Assembly: GCA_963754925.1 (NCBI GenBank)
Contig: CAVWHX010000007.1
Location: 288,001-352,000, forward strand
Reading direction: 5' to 3'
Length of the DNA stretch: 64,000 nucleotides
DNA from: an uncultured delta proteobacterium
GTDB taxonomy: Bacteria > Myxococcota > B64-G9
Of this stretch, positions 42,595-51,788 are shown one piece after another. The notes beneath the pieces were generated by a model that saw only the letters and a program-made list of their open reading frames with translations, searched no databases and was not told the DNA's origin. A program made the position numbers and the translations under genes. How positions within the stretch are numbered: position 1 is the stretch's first letter; the number at the start of each line of letters is the position of its first letter.

Positions 42595-43746
42595 ATGAAT
42601 TTTGCCGTTATCGTTCTTCTGGCCCAAGCGGTTAATGCCGCGGCGGCGGTGGTACCAACAGTCGAAGCGAACGCTCCAAAGCGAAGCGATGATGAAGGAA
42701 TCGCAGCTTACTGCCGGTACGTCGATGCCGTCGCCGACTCGGAAAGAGCCCTCCTGCTTGCCCCGAGCATCGTCAGCCAGGATGGTATACTGCGCGCTAC
42801 GGCCAGCCAAGCGGTGGTGGTGAACCAAAAGTTGCTGGAGCCGCACTTACGGGCGTCAGTGGGGTTGCAATATAGCATCGCTAAGCTCCGACAAGGGTTG
42901 CTGTTACGCGACCAGGCACGCGCCGAGTGTGAACGCTACCGGGCACTGAGCACGCTTACCGCTTTCGCCGAAACGAACAAGGAAGGGGTATCCCGGCGGG
43001 CGTTGTTGGCCAAGGTGGCGGTGTACGAGAAGTCAATACCGCATGCCCTTGAGATATTGTCGGCAAAACGTGCCGCTGTGGAGCAGTCTCGAGCCACCAT
43101 CGATGACGTAAACGCCACTCAGCTTCGAATCGAAATGATGCGCAATGCCATTTCAGACGCCAAGGAGCAAATGGCTCGCCTTCCAGAAGCAAGCCCTGAC
43201 GGTTCGATCTCTTTGGAAGAGTTGATGCAGCGCCATATTCGTGCCGAGGCGCAGGTGGAATCGATTGAGGCTTCTCTCAGAGGTGTACAAGGTTGGGACA
43301 TCTCGATCAATGGGGGATACGAGAACATTTGGCACCTGCGCGAGAGCGTGCCGGTGTACGGCGAGTTATTGCTCAGCTTCAATCTTGGAATGCTCTTCAA
43401 GTCAGGAGCGGACGAGCGCGCCGTCGAGTCTCGGAAGGCATGGACGATGCGACAGTCCGATGGCGCCTATGAACGCGTCAATCAGACGCTGATGAAGTTG
43501 CGTGGCTTGCTCGAGACGCAAGAGGCCGGTCTTAAGGACGCGACTGCTCTCCGAGCGGAAATCGAGGCGCGCCTCAAACGTGTGGTGTACATGGATGCCG
43601 ATCGAGCGAAGCGGTTTACCGATGACCTTTGGTTCGAGCTCGTTCGAGTCGTTGCCACCCAAGAGTACCTGAGTACGCAGGTCGAGGATCTCAAAACTAT
43701 TCTTGAGGGCGCTCCAAAAACTGGGGCGCCAGAGGAGGGTTCATGA
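42595..43746 (+). CDS. Exported helical protein with TolC-like helix/beta-strand pattern
   Basis: Signal-like N-terminus; long amphipathic helices interrupted by beta pairs (HLRASVGLQYSI; WDISINGGYE..VYGELLLSFNLG). Confidence 0.55.
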   Translation: MNFAVIVLLAQAVNAAAAVVPTVEANAPKRSDDEGIAAYCRYVDAVADSERALLLAPSIVSQDGILRATASQAVVVNQKLLEPHLRASVGLQYSIAKLRQGLLLRDQARAECERYRALSTLTAFAETNKEGVSRRALLAKVAVYEKSIPHALEILSAKRAAVEQSRATIDDVNATQLRIEMMRNAISDAKEQMARLPEASPDGSISLEELMQRHIRAEAQVESIEASLRGVQGWDISINGGYENIWHLRESVPVYGELLLSFNLGMLFKSGADERAVESRKAWTMRQSDGAYERVNQTLMKLRGLLETQEAGLKDATALRAEIEARLKRVVYMDADRAKRFTDDLWFELVRVVATQEYLSTQVEDLKTILEGAPKTGAPEEGS

Positions 43747-43941
43747 GCGTACACGGTGAAAGCAAAAAGATAATGCAAGCTCTTTACGTTATTACGAGAG
43801 GTATTAGATTGAGTTAACAAAAAATCGTTAAGCATCCTCAAAAAGATCCTTCGTGACGAAAACACGCTCACGAAGGGTGTGGCAATGCCAACGTGAGTGC
43901 AAACTTTTGAACGCGGTTACTTCATTAATGAGGAGGTCCAT

Positions 43942-45252
43942 ATGTTGCAATCATTCATCAATAAGATTGAAGCGAAGCAAGCTGTTATTGGTATTATTGG
44001 ACTTGGTTATGTTGGCCTGCCGCTCGGGATAACATTCGCCCGGGCGGGTTATCGGGTCATAGGATTCGACAACGATACGAAGAAAGTAACGTTTCTGAAT
44101 GAGGGTAAATCCTATCTCGAGCACATTCCCGCCGAGTCGTTTTCTTCCTTGGTTCAGAAAAAACTGCTTTTGGCTACCGACAACTTCAGTAACATCAAAG
44201 AGGTCGATGCAATTATCGTGTGTGTTCCAACCCCGCTCAACGACAGCCGCGAGCCTGACCTATCTTTTGTCGAGGGCGCCGCCAAAGCCGTTGCGCCATA
44301 TCTGAAAAAAGGTCAGTTGTTTTCACTTGAATCAAGCACCTACCCGGGGACGACCGATGAACTCTGCAGACAGGCTCTTGAAAAAGGATCTGGACTTGTG
44401 GCAGGGAAGGACTTTTTCCTGGTATTTAGCCCCGAGCGTGAGGATCCGGGCAATCCAAATTTTCACACGAAAAACATTCCCAAGATTGTCGGCGGTCTGA
44501 CGCCTGATTGTCGGGAGGCTGGTGTGAAGCTGTATGGCGCCGCCGTTGATAACATAGTGCCGGTTTCCTCTGCCCGCACCGCTGAAATGGTCAAGTTGTT
44601 CGAAAATATTTATCGGGCGGTGAACATAGCGTTGGTCAATGAGCTCAAACTTGTTTCCCAGCGGTTGAACATTGATGTCTGGGAGGTTATCCAGGCAGCG
44701 GCGACAAAGCCTTTTGGCTTTCAAGCTTTTTGGCCCGGACCGGGACTGGGCGGCCACTGCATACCGATCGATCCTTTCTACCTTACCTGGAAGGCGCGTC
44801 AGGTTGATTTCAGGACCCGCTTTATCGAGCTGGCCGGCGAGATCAACACCAACATGCCGTACCACGTGGTCGAACGGATTGGCGAGGCCCTCAACCAAAA
44901 ACGAAAGAGCCTCAACGGTTCGAGCGTATTGGTTTTAGGTGTCGCCTATAAGCCCGACATTGATGATATGCGCGAGAGCCCGGCGCTGAAAATTATCGAT
45001 CTTCTGCAGGGCAAGGGTGCTCGGGTGCTCTACCATGATCCGCACGTACCGGCATTACATCCGATGCATAAGTTCAACTTTGACCTGAAATCAGTGCCGC
45101 TGACCGAGAGCTTGCTGCAAGCGACCAATTGTGTGGTGGTGGTCACTAATCATAAAAATATCGACTATGATCTTGTTGCTCATAATGCGGATCTGGTCAT
45201 TGACTCGCGTCATTGCGTTCCGCGAGATGGAGGAAATGTTGTGGAGGCGTAG
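43942..45252 (+). CDS. UDP-N-acetylhexosamine/UDP-sugar 6-dehydrogenase (WbpA/WecC-like)
   Basis: IGLGYVGLPL, CVPTP, ESSTYPGTT, SPEREDPGN, KLFENIYRAVNIALVNE, GPGLGGHCIPIDPFYL, GVAYKPDIDDMRESP; RBS AGGAGG. Confidence 0.93.
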   Translation: MLQSFINKIEAKQAVIGIIGLGYVGLPLGITFARAGYRVIGFDNDTKKVTFLNEGKSYLEHIPAESFSSLVQKKLLLATDNFSNIKEVDAIIVCVPTPLNDSREPDLSFVEGAAKAVAPYLKKGQLFSLESSTYPGTTDELCRQALEKGSGLVAGKDFFLVFSPEREDPGNPNFHTKNIPKIVGGLTPDCREAGVKLYGAAVDNIVPVSSARTAEMVKLFENIYRAVNIALVNELKLVSQRLNIDVWEVIQAAATKPFGFQAFWPGPGLGGHCIPIDPFYLTWKARQVDFRTRFIELAGEINTNMPYHVVERIGEALNQKRKSLNGSSVLVLGVAYKPDIDDMRESPALKIIDLLQGKGARVLYHDPHVPALHPMHKFNFDLKSVPLTESLLQATNCVVVVTNHKNIDYDLVAHNADLVIDSRHCVPRDGGNVVEA

Positions 45253-45323
45253 AGGCAGATGCAGAACCAAGGGGGCAGGTGAACGGTACCTCAATGGAGA
45301 TGTGCGCATGAGGAGCTACTACC

Positions 45324-47090
45324 ATGCCTATAATCAATACCATAAGCCAAAGGAACATTCTTTCACCTGTTAAAGGAATTTTCTCATCAATCTCTAACCG
45401 TTTTCTTCAGTCGTGGATTGTAACCGCGATTTTCTTGCTCGCTGCGCCTGTAGCCTCCCGCGGCATGACAATCGTCTCGCTGACCTTCGATGATGCCAAC
45501 GCGGATCAACTTGCCGCAATACCGATGCTCGCCGCGCATGGCATGCACGGCACTTTCTACATACCGACCGGTCGTGTGGGTACGGCCTCGTTCCTTACCT
45601 GGTCGGATCTGCTCGGTCTTCAGACCGCCGGACATGAAATCGCCGGCCACACCATTGACCACCTCCACCTCACGACGCTCTCTCTTGCAGACCAAAAGCA
45701 TCAGATTTGCGACGATCGGACTGCGCTTCTAACGCACGGGCTTGCCGCCATGGATTTCGCGTATCCCTTCGGTGACGCCGATTCAACAACAGAAATCGTT
45801 GTTGCCGGTTGCGGGTATACGTCAGCGCGCGATATCGGCGGCATCATCTCGCCCGACGGTTGCAGCGATTGTGCCTATGCTGAAACCATCCCGTCACGAG
45901 ATCCGTTCATGATTCGATCACCCAGTTCGGTGAAGGATACCTGGACGCTCGCCGATCTCAAAAACGCCGTCACTGGCGCCGAGGCGCACGGCGGCGATTG
46001 GTTGATCTTTACCTTCCACCACATCTGCTCCTCCTGCAACACCTATCAAGTTGATCCGACGACTCTCGACGCATTCCTTGCCTGGCTCGAACTGCGCGCG
46101 GCAACCGGGACCATCGTCAGGACCGTGCGCGAAGTGGTCGAGACGGACGTCGATTGCGGCGGCGGGAACTGTCCTCGATGCGATACCGGCAAGGTCTGTG
46201 TCGGTGGTGGCGATTGTATCTCGGGATGCTGTAGCAAAGGCGCCTGCGCGGATATAACGAGCTGTCAAAATCTTGGTGGCACCGTGGATCGTTTCGGCAT
46301 CAAGGAGCTTTACCCGACCATCTCCGGCGGCAAGGAATGGTTCTCAAAATGGGATAACGGGATAGCCAGAAACTTCACGGGCATCGACCCCAACGACAGC
46401 TGGTTCGACGCCGATCACGGCAGCGGAAGTTATTCGACCGATGGAATGGGAGTGCTCAAAATCAGCGGCAGTGTTCCGCGCATGTACGTGCACGACCCTG
46501 CGCATGTCGATCAGTGGCGTAACGTCGAGATGACCATGTACTTCATGCGCGTGGCTGACGACAACGCGCACGCCTGGGCGGGCATGGCGGGGCTGGCGCG
46601 CACCGACCACGGCACCATCGGCAATGAAGAGGTCAACTTGTGCGACACACGTGGCCTCAACGCTCGCATGCGTCAGGACGGACACATCGACTTCGAGAAA
46701 GAAACAAGACATCCGGACTCGACCACCACGGGCAACAAGACCTATTGGAGCAATGGGTTACCTAAAAACGTCTGGATCGGCTACAAGCATGCCGTTTACG
46801 ATCTGCCGGACGGCAATGTGAAGCAGGAGCTGTGGATCGACGAGAGCGATGGCCAAGACGGAGGTCAATGGGTGAAAATCAACGAGGCCATCGACGACGG
46901 CACCTTCTTCGGCAAGGGCATGACGCCGTGCGCGACCGGTATCGATCCGGCGATGAAACTTACCGCCGCCTCCGACCGATTGGGCTCCGAGACCCACAAA
47001 CCCAACATAACCGTCTACTTCCGCAGCGACGAGGTCAGCACCAACGGCCTGCTCTACAAAAAAGGAAGTGTTCGCGAAATCGCCCCGTAA
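45324..47090 (+). CDS. Polysaccharide deacetylase + Cys-rich ETDVDCGG repeat + C-terminal domain shared with 32875..34650
   Basis: [26 protein letters not shown] (paralog of the 39626 domain); [29 protein letters not shown]...VREIAP. Confidence 0.87.
   Translation: MPIINTISQRNILSPVKGIFSSISNRFLQSWIVTAIFLLAAPVASRGMTIVSLTFDDANADQLAAIPMLAAHGMHGTFYIPTGRVGTASFLTWSDLLGLQTAGHEIAGHTIDHLHLTTLSLADQKHQICDDRTALLTHGLAAMDFAYPFGDADSTTEIVVAGCGYTSARDIGGIISPDGCSDCAYAETIPSRDPFMIRSPSSVKDTWTLADLKNAVTGAEAHGGDWLIFTFHHICSSCNTYQVDPTTLDAFLAWLELRAATGTIVRTVREVVETDVDCGGGNCPRCDTGKVCVGGGDCISGCCSKGACADITSCQNLGGTVDRFGIKELYPTISGGKEWFSKWDNGIARNFTGIDPNDSWFDADHGSGSYSTDGMGVLKISGSVPRMYVHDPAHVDQWRNVEMTMYFMRVADDNAHAWAGMAGLARTDHGTIGNEEVNLCDTRGLNARMRQDGHIDFEKETRHPDSTTTGNKTYWSNGLPKNVWIGYKHAVYDLPDGNVKQELWIDESDGQDGGQWVKINEAIDDGTFFGKGMTPCATGIDPAMKLTAASDRLGSETHKPNITVYFRSDEVSTNGLLYKKGSVREIAP
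46287..47090 (+). repeat. Copy 2 of 804-bp inverted duplication (partner 32875-33678)
   Basis: Alternative-frame ORFs 33175..33621(+) and 46344..46712(-) translate identically, consistent with nucleotide near-identity of the core. Confidence 0.93.
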
Positions 47091-47229
47091 CATCGGCCGT
47101 ATATATAGACAAATCTAAAGAAATCTTATCAACCAGCCCGTTAACTTTGAAATATTGATCTATTCTACAGGCTCCAACCTACCGACGGGCTTCACCCTAT
47201 TTTTTCCACCCTTTCTTATAAATCGTGGA

Positions 47230-47246
47230 TTGGCACTATCTTTGCC
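47230..47246 (+). promoter_or_regulatory. Sigma-54 (-24/-12) promoter
   Basis: TTGGCACTATCTTTGCC upstream of the O-methyltransferase. Confidence 0.6.
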
Positions 47247-47376
47247 TTCTATCATTCAATACGCATTCGATTTGACAGATTCCCGAGCGAGAATACCCAC
47301 TCATCAAGGGCAACGTTGCCCATCACGATTGGGTTAGGATCGAATGTTGCAATGACGAGAGCAACGGGAGGATGCG

Positions 47377-48006
47377 GTGATGATCGTGGATCCGAAGATC
47401 GAACGCTACCTGGAAGAATTGCTGCCCGCCGCGGATTCGCTTCAACGGGAAATGGAGCGCCGCGCCCGGGTAGAGGGCTTCCCCATTGTGGGCGCTCACG
47501 TGGGGCGTCTCCTTTTTATTCTGGCGCGGTCTATGCGGGCAAGGAGCGTCCTCGAACTTGGCTCTGGGTATGGATACTCGGCGCTTTGGTTTGGGCGCGC
47601 TTTGCCCGAAAACGGCGAGGTGCACTTAACCGACCGGTCAGAGGAAAACCTCATGAGCGCGCGTCGCTACTTACAACGCGCCGGGCTTCTTGCCAAGGCC
47701 CGCTTTCACCACGGTGAGGCGCTCTCGATTATCGATCGCATCAGAGGTCGATTTGACATTGTTTTCAACGATATTGACAAGGAACACTACCCAGAAGTAG
47801 TCGACAAGGCCATCAGAGTTCTGCGCCCCGGAGGCTTACTAATCTCCGACAACACCCTATGGAAGGGAAACGTTCACCGAACACGGGTCGATGCCGCCAC
47901 CCGGGGCGTTCAGAAATACAATCACAGGGTTTTCACGCATTCACAGCTGCAAACCGTGATTCTTCCCCTGCGCGACGGGGTGGCCATTAGCCTCAAAAAT
48001 GGGTAA
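47377..48006 (+). CDS. O-methyltransferase (CCoAOMT/Methyltransf_3 family)
   Basis: VLELGSGYGYSALW, FDIVFNDIDKEHY, LRPGGLLISDNTLW, LPLRDGV. Confidence 0.9.
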   Translation: MMIVDPKIERYLEELLPAADSLQREMERRARVEGFPIVGAHVGRLLFILARSMRARSVLELGSGYGYSALWFGRALPENGEVHLTDRSEENLMSARRYLQRAGLLAKARFHHGEALSIIDRIRGRFDIVFNDIDKEHYPEVVDKAIRVLRPGGLLISDNTLWKGNVHRTRVDAATRGVQKYNHRVFTHSQLQTVILPLRDGVAISLKNG

Positions 48007-48022
48007 TCCGATTAATCCGGAA

Positions 48023-48613
48023 TTATTGCTTTGCTTTTGTAAATCGAGACTTCTTTATTTCGTTGGGGGAATGCTTCAGTTCAGCTTCTAGTCGCTCCAC
48101 AATGTTTTGGTACTTTTCGTGGATCAACGAGCGATCAAACTGCCAGAACTCCTCAAACATCTTACTTTGTTCTTCTTTCTTAAAATAACTCATGATCGGC
48201 ACGAAAAAGTGTCGGTCCTCTTTTTCGATATGGCGCGGATAGAATTCGGCGAGTTCAACCAACAGGCGCCCGATGTCGGCAACCGCCTTGTGTGAGCCTC
48301 GGGCGTACTTTTTTTTGACATCGACCAGCGCTCGAACAATACTTCGTGCCTGCACGTGCTCATCGATTAATTCTTGCATGATCTTCTCGTGTTCCGGAGC
48401 AATATTCTTTTTGCCGAGATCTCGGAAGAGAATGTCTTCTTCTTTGCCATGGTGGCAGCGGTCGGCATAGGTTTTAATAAAATCGACCGCGTCGTCGATG
48501 AACAAGACATCAGCTTTGCCGGTGGCCTGAATTCTTTTAGCCTCAATGGCCAGGCACCGAATCAAACGCTCTATCAGTCTATGCTCGATCATCAATGGGG
48601 CAATCGGCATCAT
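48023..48613 (-). CDS. Hemerythrin/HHE cation-binding protein
   Basis: LMIEHRLI, YADRCHHGKEEDILF, EHVQAR, HIEKEDRHFF. Confidence 0.9.
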   Translation of the reverse strand: MMPIAPLMIEHRLIERLIRCLAIEAKRIQATGKADVLFIDDAVDFIKTYADRCHHGKEEDILFRDLGKKNIAPEHEKIMQELIDEHVQARSIVRALVDVKKKYARGSHKAVADIGRLLVELAEFYPRHIEKEDRHFFVPIMSYFKKEEQSKMFEEFWQFDRSLIHEKYQNIVERLEAELKHSPNEIKKSRFTKAKQ

Positions 48614-48684
48614 AGGTACTCACCTCACTCCTCGTCACCTGCATGAGAGTAGTTAAGGAGTTGGGGGGATGGTCGGTTGAATCG

Positions 48685-49104
48685 TTAGTCTAATTGCTCG
48701 AGCTCTTTAGGCAAAATCACTCGATCGATAACATGAATGACGCCATTCTCGGCAATAACATCCGCCCGAATAACTTTGGCTTTATTTACCATCGCTCCAT
48801 TTTTTGTGTCAACAGTAATATGTTGCCCTTGGACCGTGCGAGCGGATTTCATACTGAGGACATTGTTCCACAATACAGCACCCGAAAGAAGATGTAAGTT
48901 GAGAATGGTTTTTAGCAGTAGAATATTGTTAAATAACGAGTCAACAGTTCCCGGTGGGAGATTATCAAAGGCTTCGTCGTTGGGAGCGAAAACGGTGAAA
49001 GGCCCTGCATTGGTAAGCGTCTCATCAAGCCCCACTGCCCGCGCGGCACAGATCAAGGTGTTAAGTCGACCTACACTGCGAGCGGTAGCGATTATATTTT
49101 CCAT
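48685..49104 (-). CDS. Fasciclin (FAS1) domain protein
   Basis: GPFTVFAPNDEAF, NGVIHVIDRVILP; start MENII after GGGGGTGG. Confidence 0.92.
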   Translation of the reverse strand: MENIIATARSVGRLNTLICAARAVGLDETLTNAGPFTVFAPNDEAFDNLPPGTVDSLFNNILLLKTILNLHLLSGAVLWNNVLSMKSARTVQGQHITVDTKNGAMVNKAKVIRADVIAENGVIHVIDRVILPKELEQLD

Positions 49105-49181
49105 ACATCCACCCCCTTTTTCACGGATCTGTTCTCTTAAAAACCTATCCTCCTGTGCCAATTCAGCAATTAGATATCAGT

Positions 49182-49198
49182 AGCAAGATTTACGCCAG
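49182..49198 (-). promoter_or_regulatory. Sigma-54 (-24/-12) promoter
   Basis: CTGGCGTAAATCTTGCT upstream of the fasciclin-hemerythrin pair. Confidence 0.6.
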
Positions 49199-49360
49199 GA
49201 CTAGAAACGTTTACCTTTAATCGATTAAATCAACAAATAGTAAGGGGTTGAGCCCGTGCGCGTTTTTCAAATGTTTCATCGACGCCGTTCAAAATGAATA
49301 GTTAAATTTGGTTGATGAACACATTTAGACTGGTGCATTTTGGGGGGTAAGAGAAGGTGG

Positions 49361-49684
49361 TCAGTGCAACAAATTCAGCGTGTTGGATCCGTCATCAACG
49401 AAATAAATACCCGCCGTTTGATCAAGTGCCAAGCCAAATAGCGTACCAGCCCCCGGAGGCGGACCGCCGGTATTGTCCAGCAGCGTCTTGTTGATCTGAT
49501 CGCCTTGGCGTGTGATCTCGGTCAGGTAGCCATCATTGCCATTGACCGTCAGAATGTGACCGTTTGAAGCAACGATCAGTCCCAAGGGATCGTTCAAGCT
49601 GCCGCCCGTTGTAAGGGTAGAGCCTATGCCCGCTGAATCATCGCGGCCGAAGGGATCTTTGATGGCTGCAATACGGTTGCTCAA
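49361..49684 (-). pseudogene. 3' remnant of a beta-propeller/NHL-like gene, 5'-truncated at a 13-bp direct repeat
   Basis: NRIAAI..LNDPLGL..GAGTLFGL..IYFVDDGSNTLNLLH* with no RBS or leader; TCAAAATGAATAG at 49289-49301 and 49681-49693. Confidence 0.55.
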
Positions 49685-49810
49685 AATGAATAGGTCAATG
49701 TGATCACTTGGCTCAATTTGAGCCTAAGTTCTTAAACCCGCATCATTTTGGTCGTGATTGTTTTTCTAACCGAACGGGATTAAGACTTCAGCGAGCCTCG
49801 AACATAATGG

Positions 49811-50737
49811 TCATCGTTTTTTATTGCCACGGCCATAAAGCTGAGACAAGGCATCCACTAATTTAGGAAAAGCAAAAACAAAACCACTGCGCAACAGGGC
49901 CGCTGGTTTGACTCGAACCCCGGAAAGCACCATTTCACGCCCCTGTTCGCCGAAAGTTAACTTAATAATACTCGAAGGCACCGGTACTAACGCCGGTCGC
50001 CTGAGAACCTTTGCGACGGTTTTAGCAAACTCCCGCATGGTCACCGGGAATGGTGCGGTCACGTTGACTGGCCCGCTCAGTTCGTGGTGCGACAACAAGT
50101 GGGTAATGGCCCTGAGTTCATCCTGCAGATGAATCCAGGATAACCATTGCCGTCCCGTGCCCACGACACCGCCCACAAAGAAGCGAAACGGCATCACCAT
50201 GAGCGGCAGCGCCCCACCATCGCGATCGAGCACCACCCCGCTACGCATCCAGACAACGCGCGTGTCGCTGCCGTTTAGTGTGCGCGCCGGCTGTTCCCAT
50301 GCCTGACACACGTCGGCAAGAAAACCGTGACCCGGCTCTCCGTTGTCATTGACTTCCTCATCCCCATGTCCGTAGAACCCCACCGCTGAGGCCTGCAACA
50401 GCACTCGCTCTTTACGCTTCGCATTTCGCAGGGCCTCGACCAGCAGAGTCGCCGTCTGTACCCTGGACTCAACGATTCGCGTTTTACGCTCCTCGGTCCA
50501 GTTACCTCCCGCGAGGCTCTCACCGGATAAATTTATCAGCGCATCGCATTCGTCCACCGCTCTGGTCCATTGACCCGCGACCGCACCATCCCAGCGTTCG
50601 TAGCGGATAGAAGCGGTATTGGTACAGGGCGCATTGGTTCGACGGGTGAGGACACAGACTTCGTGCTTCTGCCCCGCGAGAAAGGCAACCAGCGCACCAC
50701 CGATGAACCCTGTTCCTCCGGCAACGACGATTTTCAC
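49811..50737 (-). CDS. TIGR01777 family NAD-dependent epimerase/oxidoreductase
   Basis: AGGTGFIG, INLSGE, ASAVGFYG, GFLADVCQAWE, GRQWLSWIH, GPVNVTAP. Confidence 0.92.
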   Translation of the reverse strand: MKIVVAGGTGFIGGALVAFLAGQKHEVCVLTRRTNAPCTNTASIRYERWDGAVAGQWTRAVDECDALINLSGESLAGGNWTEERKTRIVESRVQTATLLVEALRNAKRKERVLLQASAVGFYGHGDEEVNDNGEPGHGFLADVCQAWEQPARTLNGSDTRVVWMRSGVVLDRDGGALPLMVMPFRFFVGGVVGTGRQWLSWIHLQDELRAITHLLSHHELSGPVNVTAPFPVTMREFAKTVAKVLRRPALVPVPSSIIKLTFGEQGREMVLSGVRVKPAALLRSGFVFAFPKLVDALSQLYGRGNKKR

Positions 50738-51167
50738 AACGACTCCCCTCGTACCGTATAGATGTCTATGAGGCGCTCACATCCCTACGGTTGAGCCTAA
50801 CCGACAGTCCCCAAGGTGGTCAATCAACAAACACCCGGGGAATCTTTTTAATGCGTTAACTGTTTGCCATGTGACAGCGGAAGTGACTTTCGCGCTAACG
50901 GCATGCTACCGTCGTTTTCATTTGATCGTGATCGAATAGTTATCGTTGGAGCCGCCTGATTCCTTACCTTTGGAGATCGCTATCCCCGTTCCCGCGGCGA
51001 AGAAGCCGACAAGGAAGAAATAGCGGTTTTTGTCGAGAAGGTGTTCGGTGACCGCGCCAGATGGATGGTGTTGAGATGGCAACCCTAAGTCCTGAGGAAA
51101 ACTGTCTCCATCACCATCGACGCAGGCAAGATCAACAATCTTTATTTTGAACCCAATTAACAGACGT

Positions 51168-51758
51168 TCAGTCCATTTCAATATTCCACGTAAATCCCAT
51201 CTCGAGATCAATCATATCGTCGCCGTCACCGCCTCCCGAGTGCACCGTGAAACTCGTAACATGACCATTATGAACTTCAATAACCGCCTTAACGCTCCCA
51301 ATCAGCGCATCCCACATATCCTGGTTGAACCCGGTGCACTTCGTACACTGAAGCCGGCCGCTCGTTGTGCTCACATCCGTTATTTTCATGACGGCGTCAT
51401 AGACATAGGAATTGAAGAAGAATGGCGCTCGTTTTAATATAGATTTTCGCGAAAGAATGAGTCGAGCATATTTATAAACGCCTTTAGTGAGAGCCTCGGT
51501 GATGGTCATATATGCAAGCTCTCTTAGAATTTCAGGTTTGCCTCCCGTTACCTTTTTAATGGCGGCAAGTATCTGCAGCAGCCAATCGAGCGGATACCAA
51601 CCGCTTTGCACGATGCCTCTATATTTTATTTTGTCTTGAATTTCATGAGGCAATTCCAATAACAATGCGTCAACAGCCCCGCTTCCTTTGGTTTTCTTCA
51701 GACTCTCGATCCCGCCAAGAATGGCTGCCCCCTTTACCCGTGGTCTGTCGTTCGCCAT
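51168..51758 (-). CDS. Hypothetical protein, DUF2378/H-NOX-V4R-like
   Basis: VKGAAI..GWYPLDWL..GVYK pattern typical of deltaproteobacterial proteins; similar plan to 59321..59869. Confidence 0.55.
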   Translation of the reverse strand: MANDRPRVKGAAILGGIESLKKTKGSGAVDALLLELPHEIQDKIKYRGIVQSGWYPLDWLLQILAAIKKVTGGKPEILRELAYMTITEALTKGVYKYARLILSRKSILKRAPFFFNSYVYDAVMKITDVSTTSGRLQCTKCTGFNQDMWDALIGSVKAVIEVHNGHVTSFTVHSGGGDGDDMIDLEMGFTWNIEMD

Positions 51759-51788
51759 AGCGTCCCCTTCTGCCCGTATAACCCTGTG

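Noticed and set aside
50918..51211. 97-aa minus-strand ORF downstream of the DUF2378-like gene
   Set aside because: It overlaps the upstream gene and has no clear start or RBS. It may be a remnant but cannot be supported.
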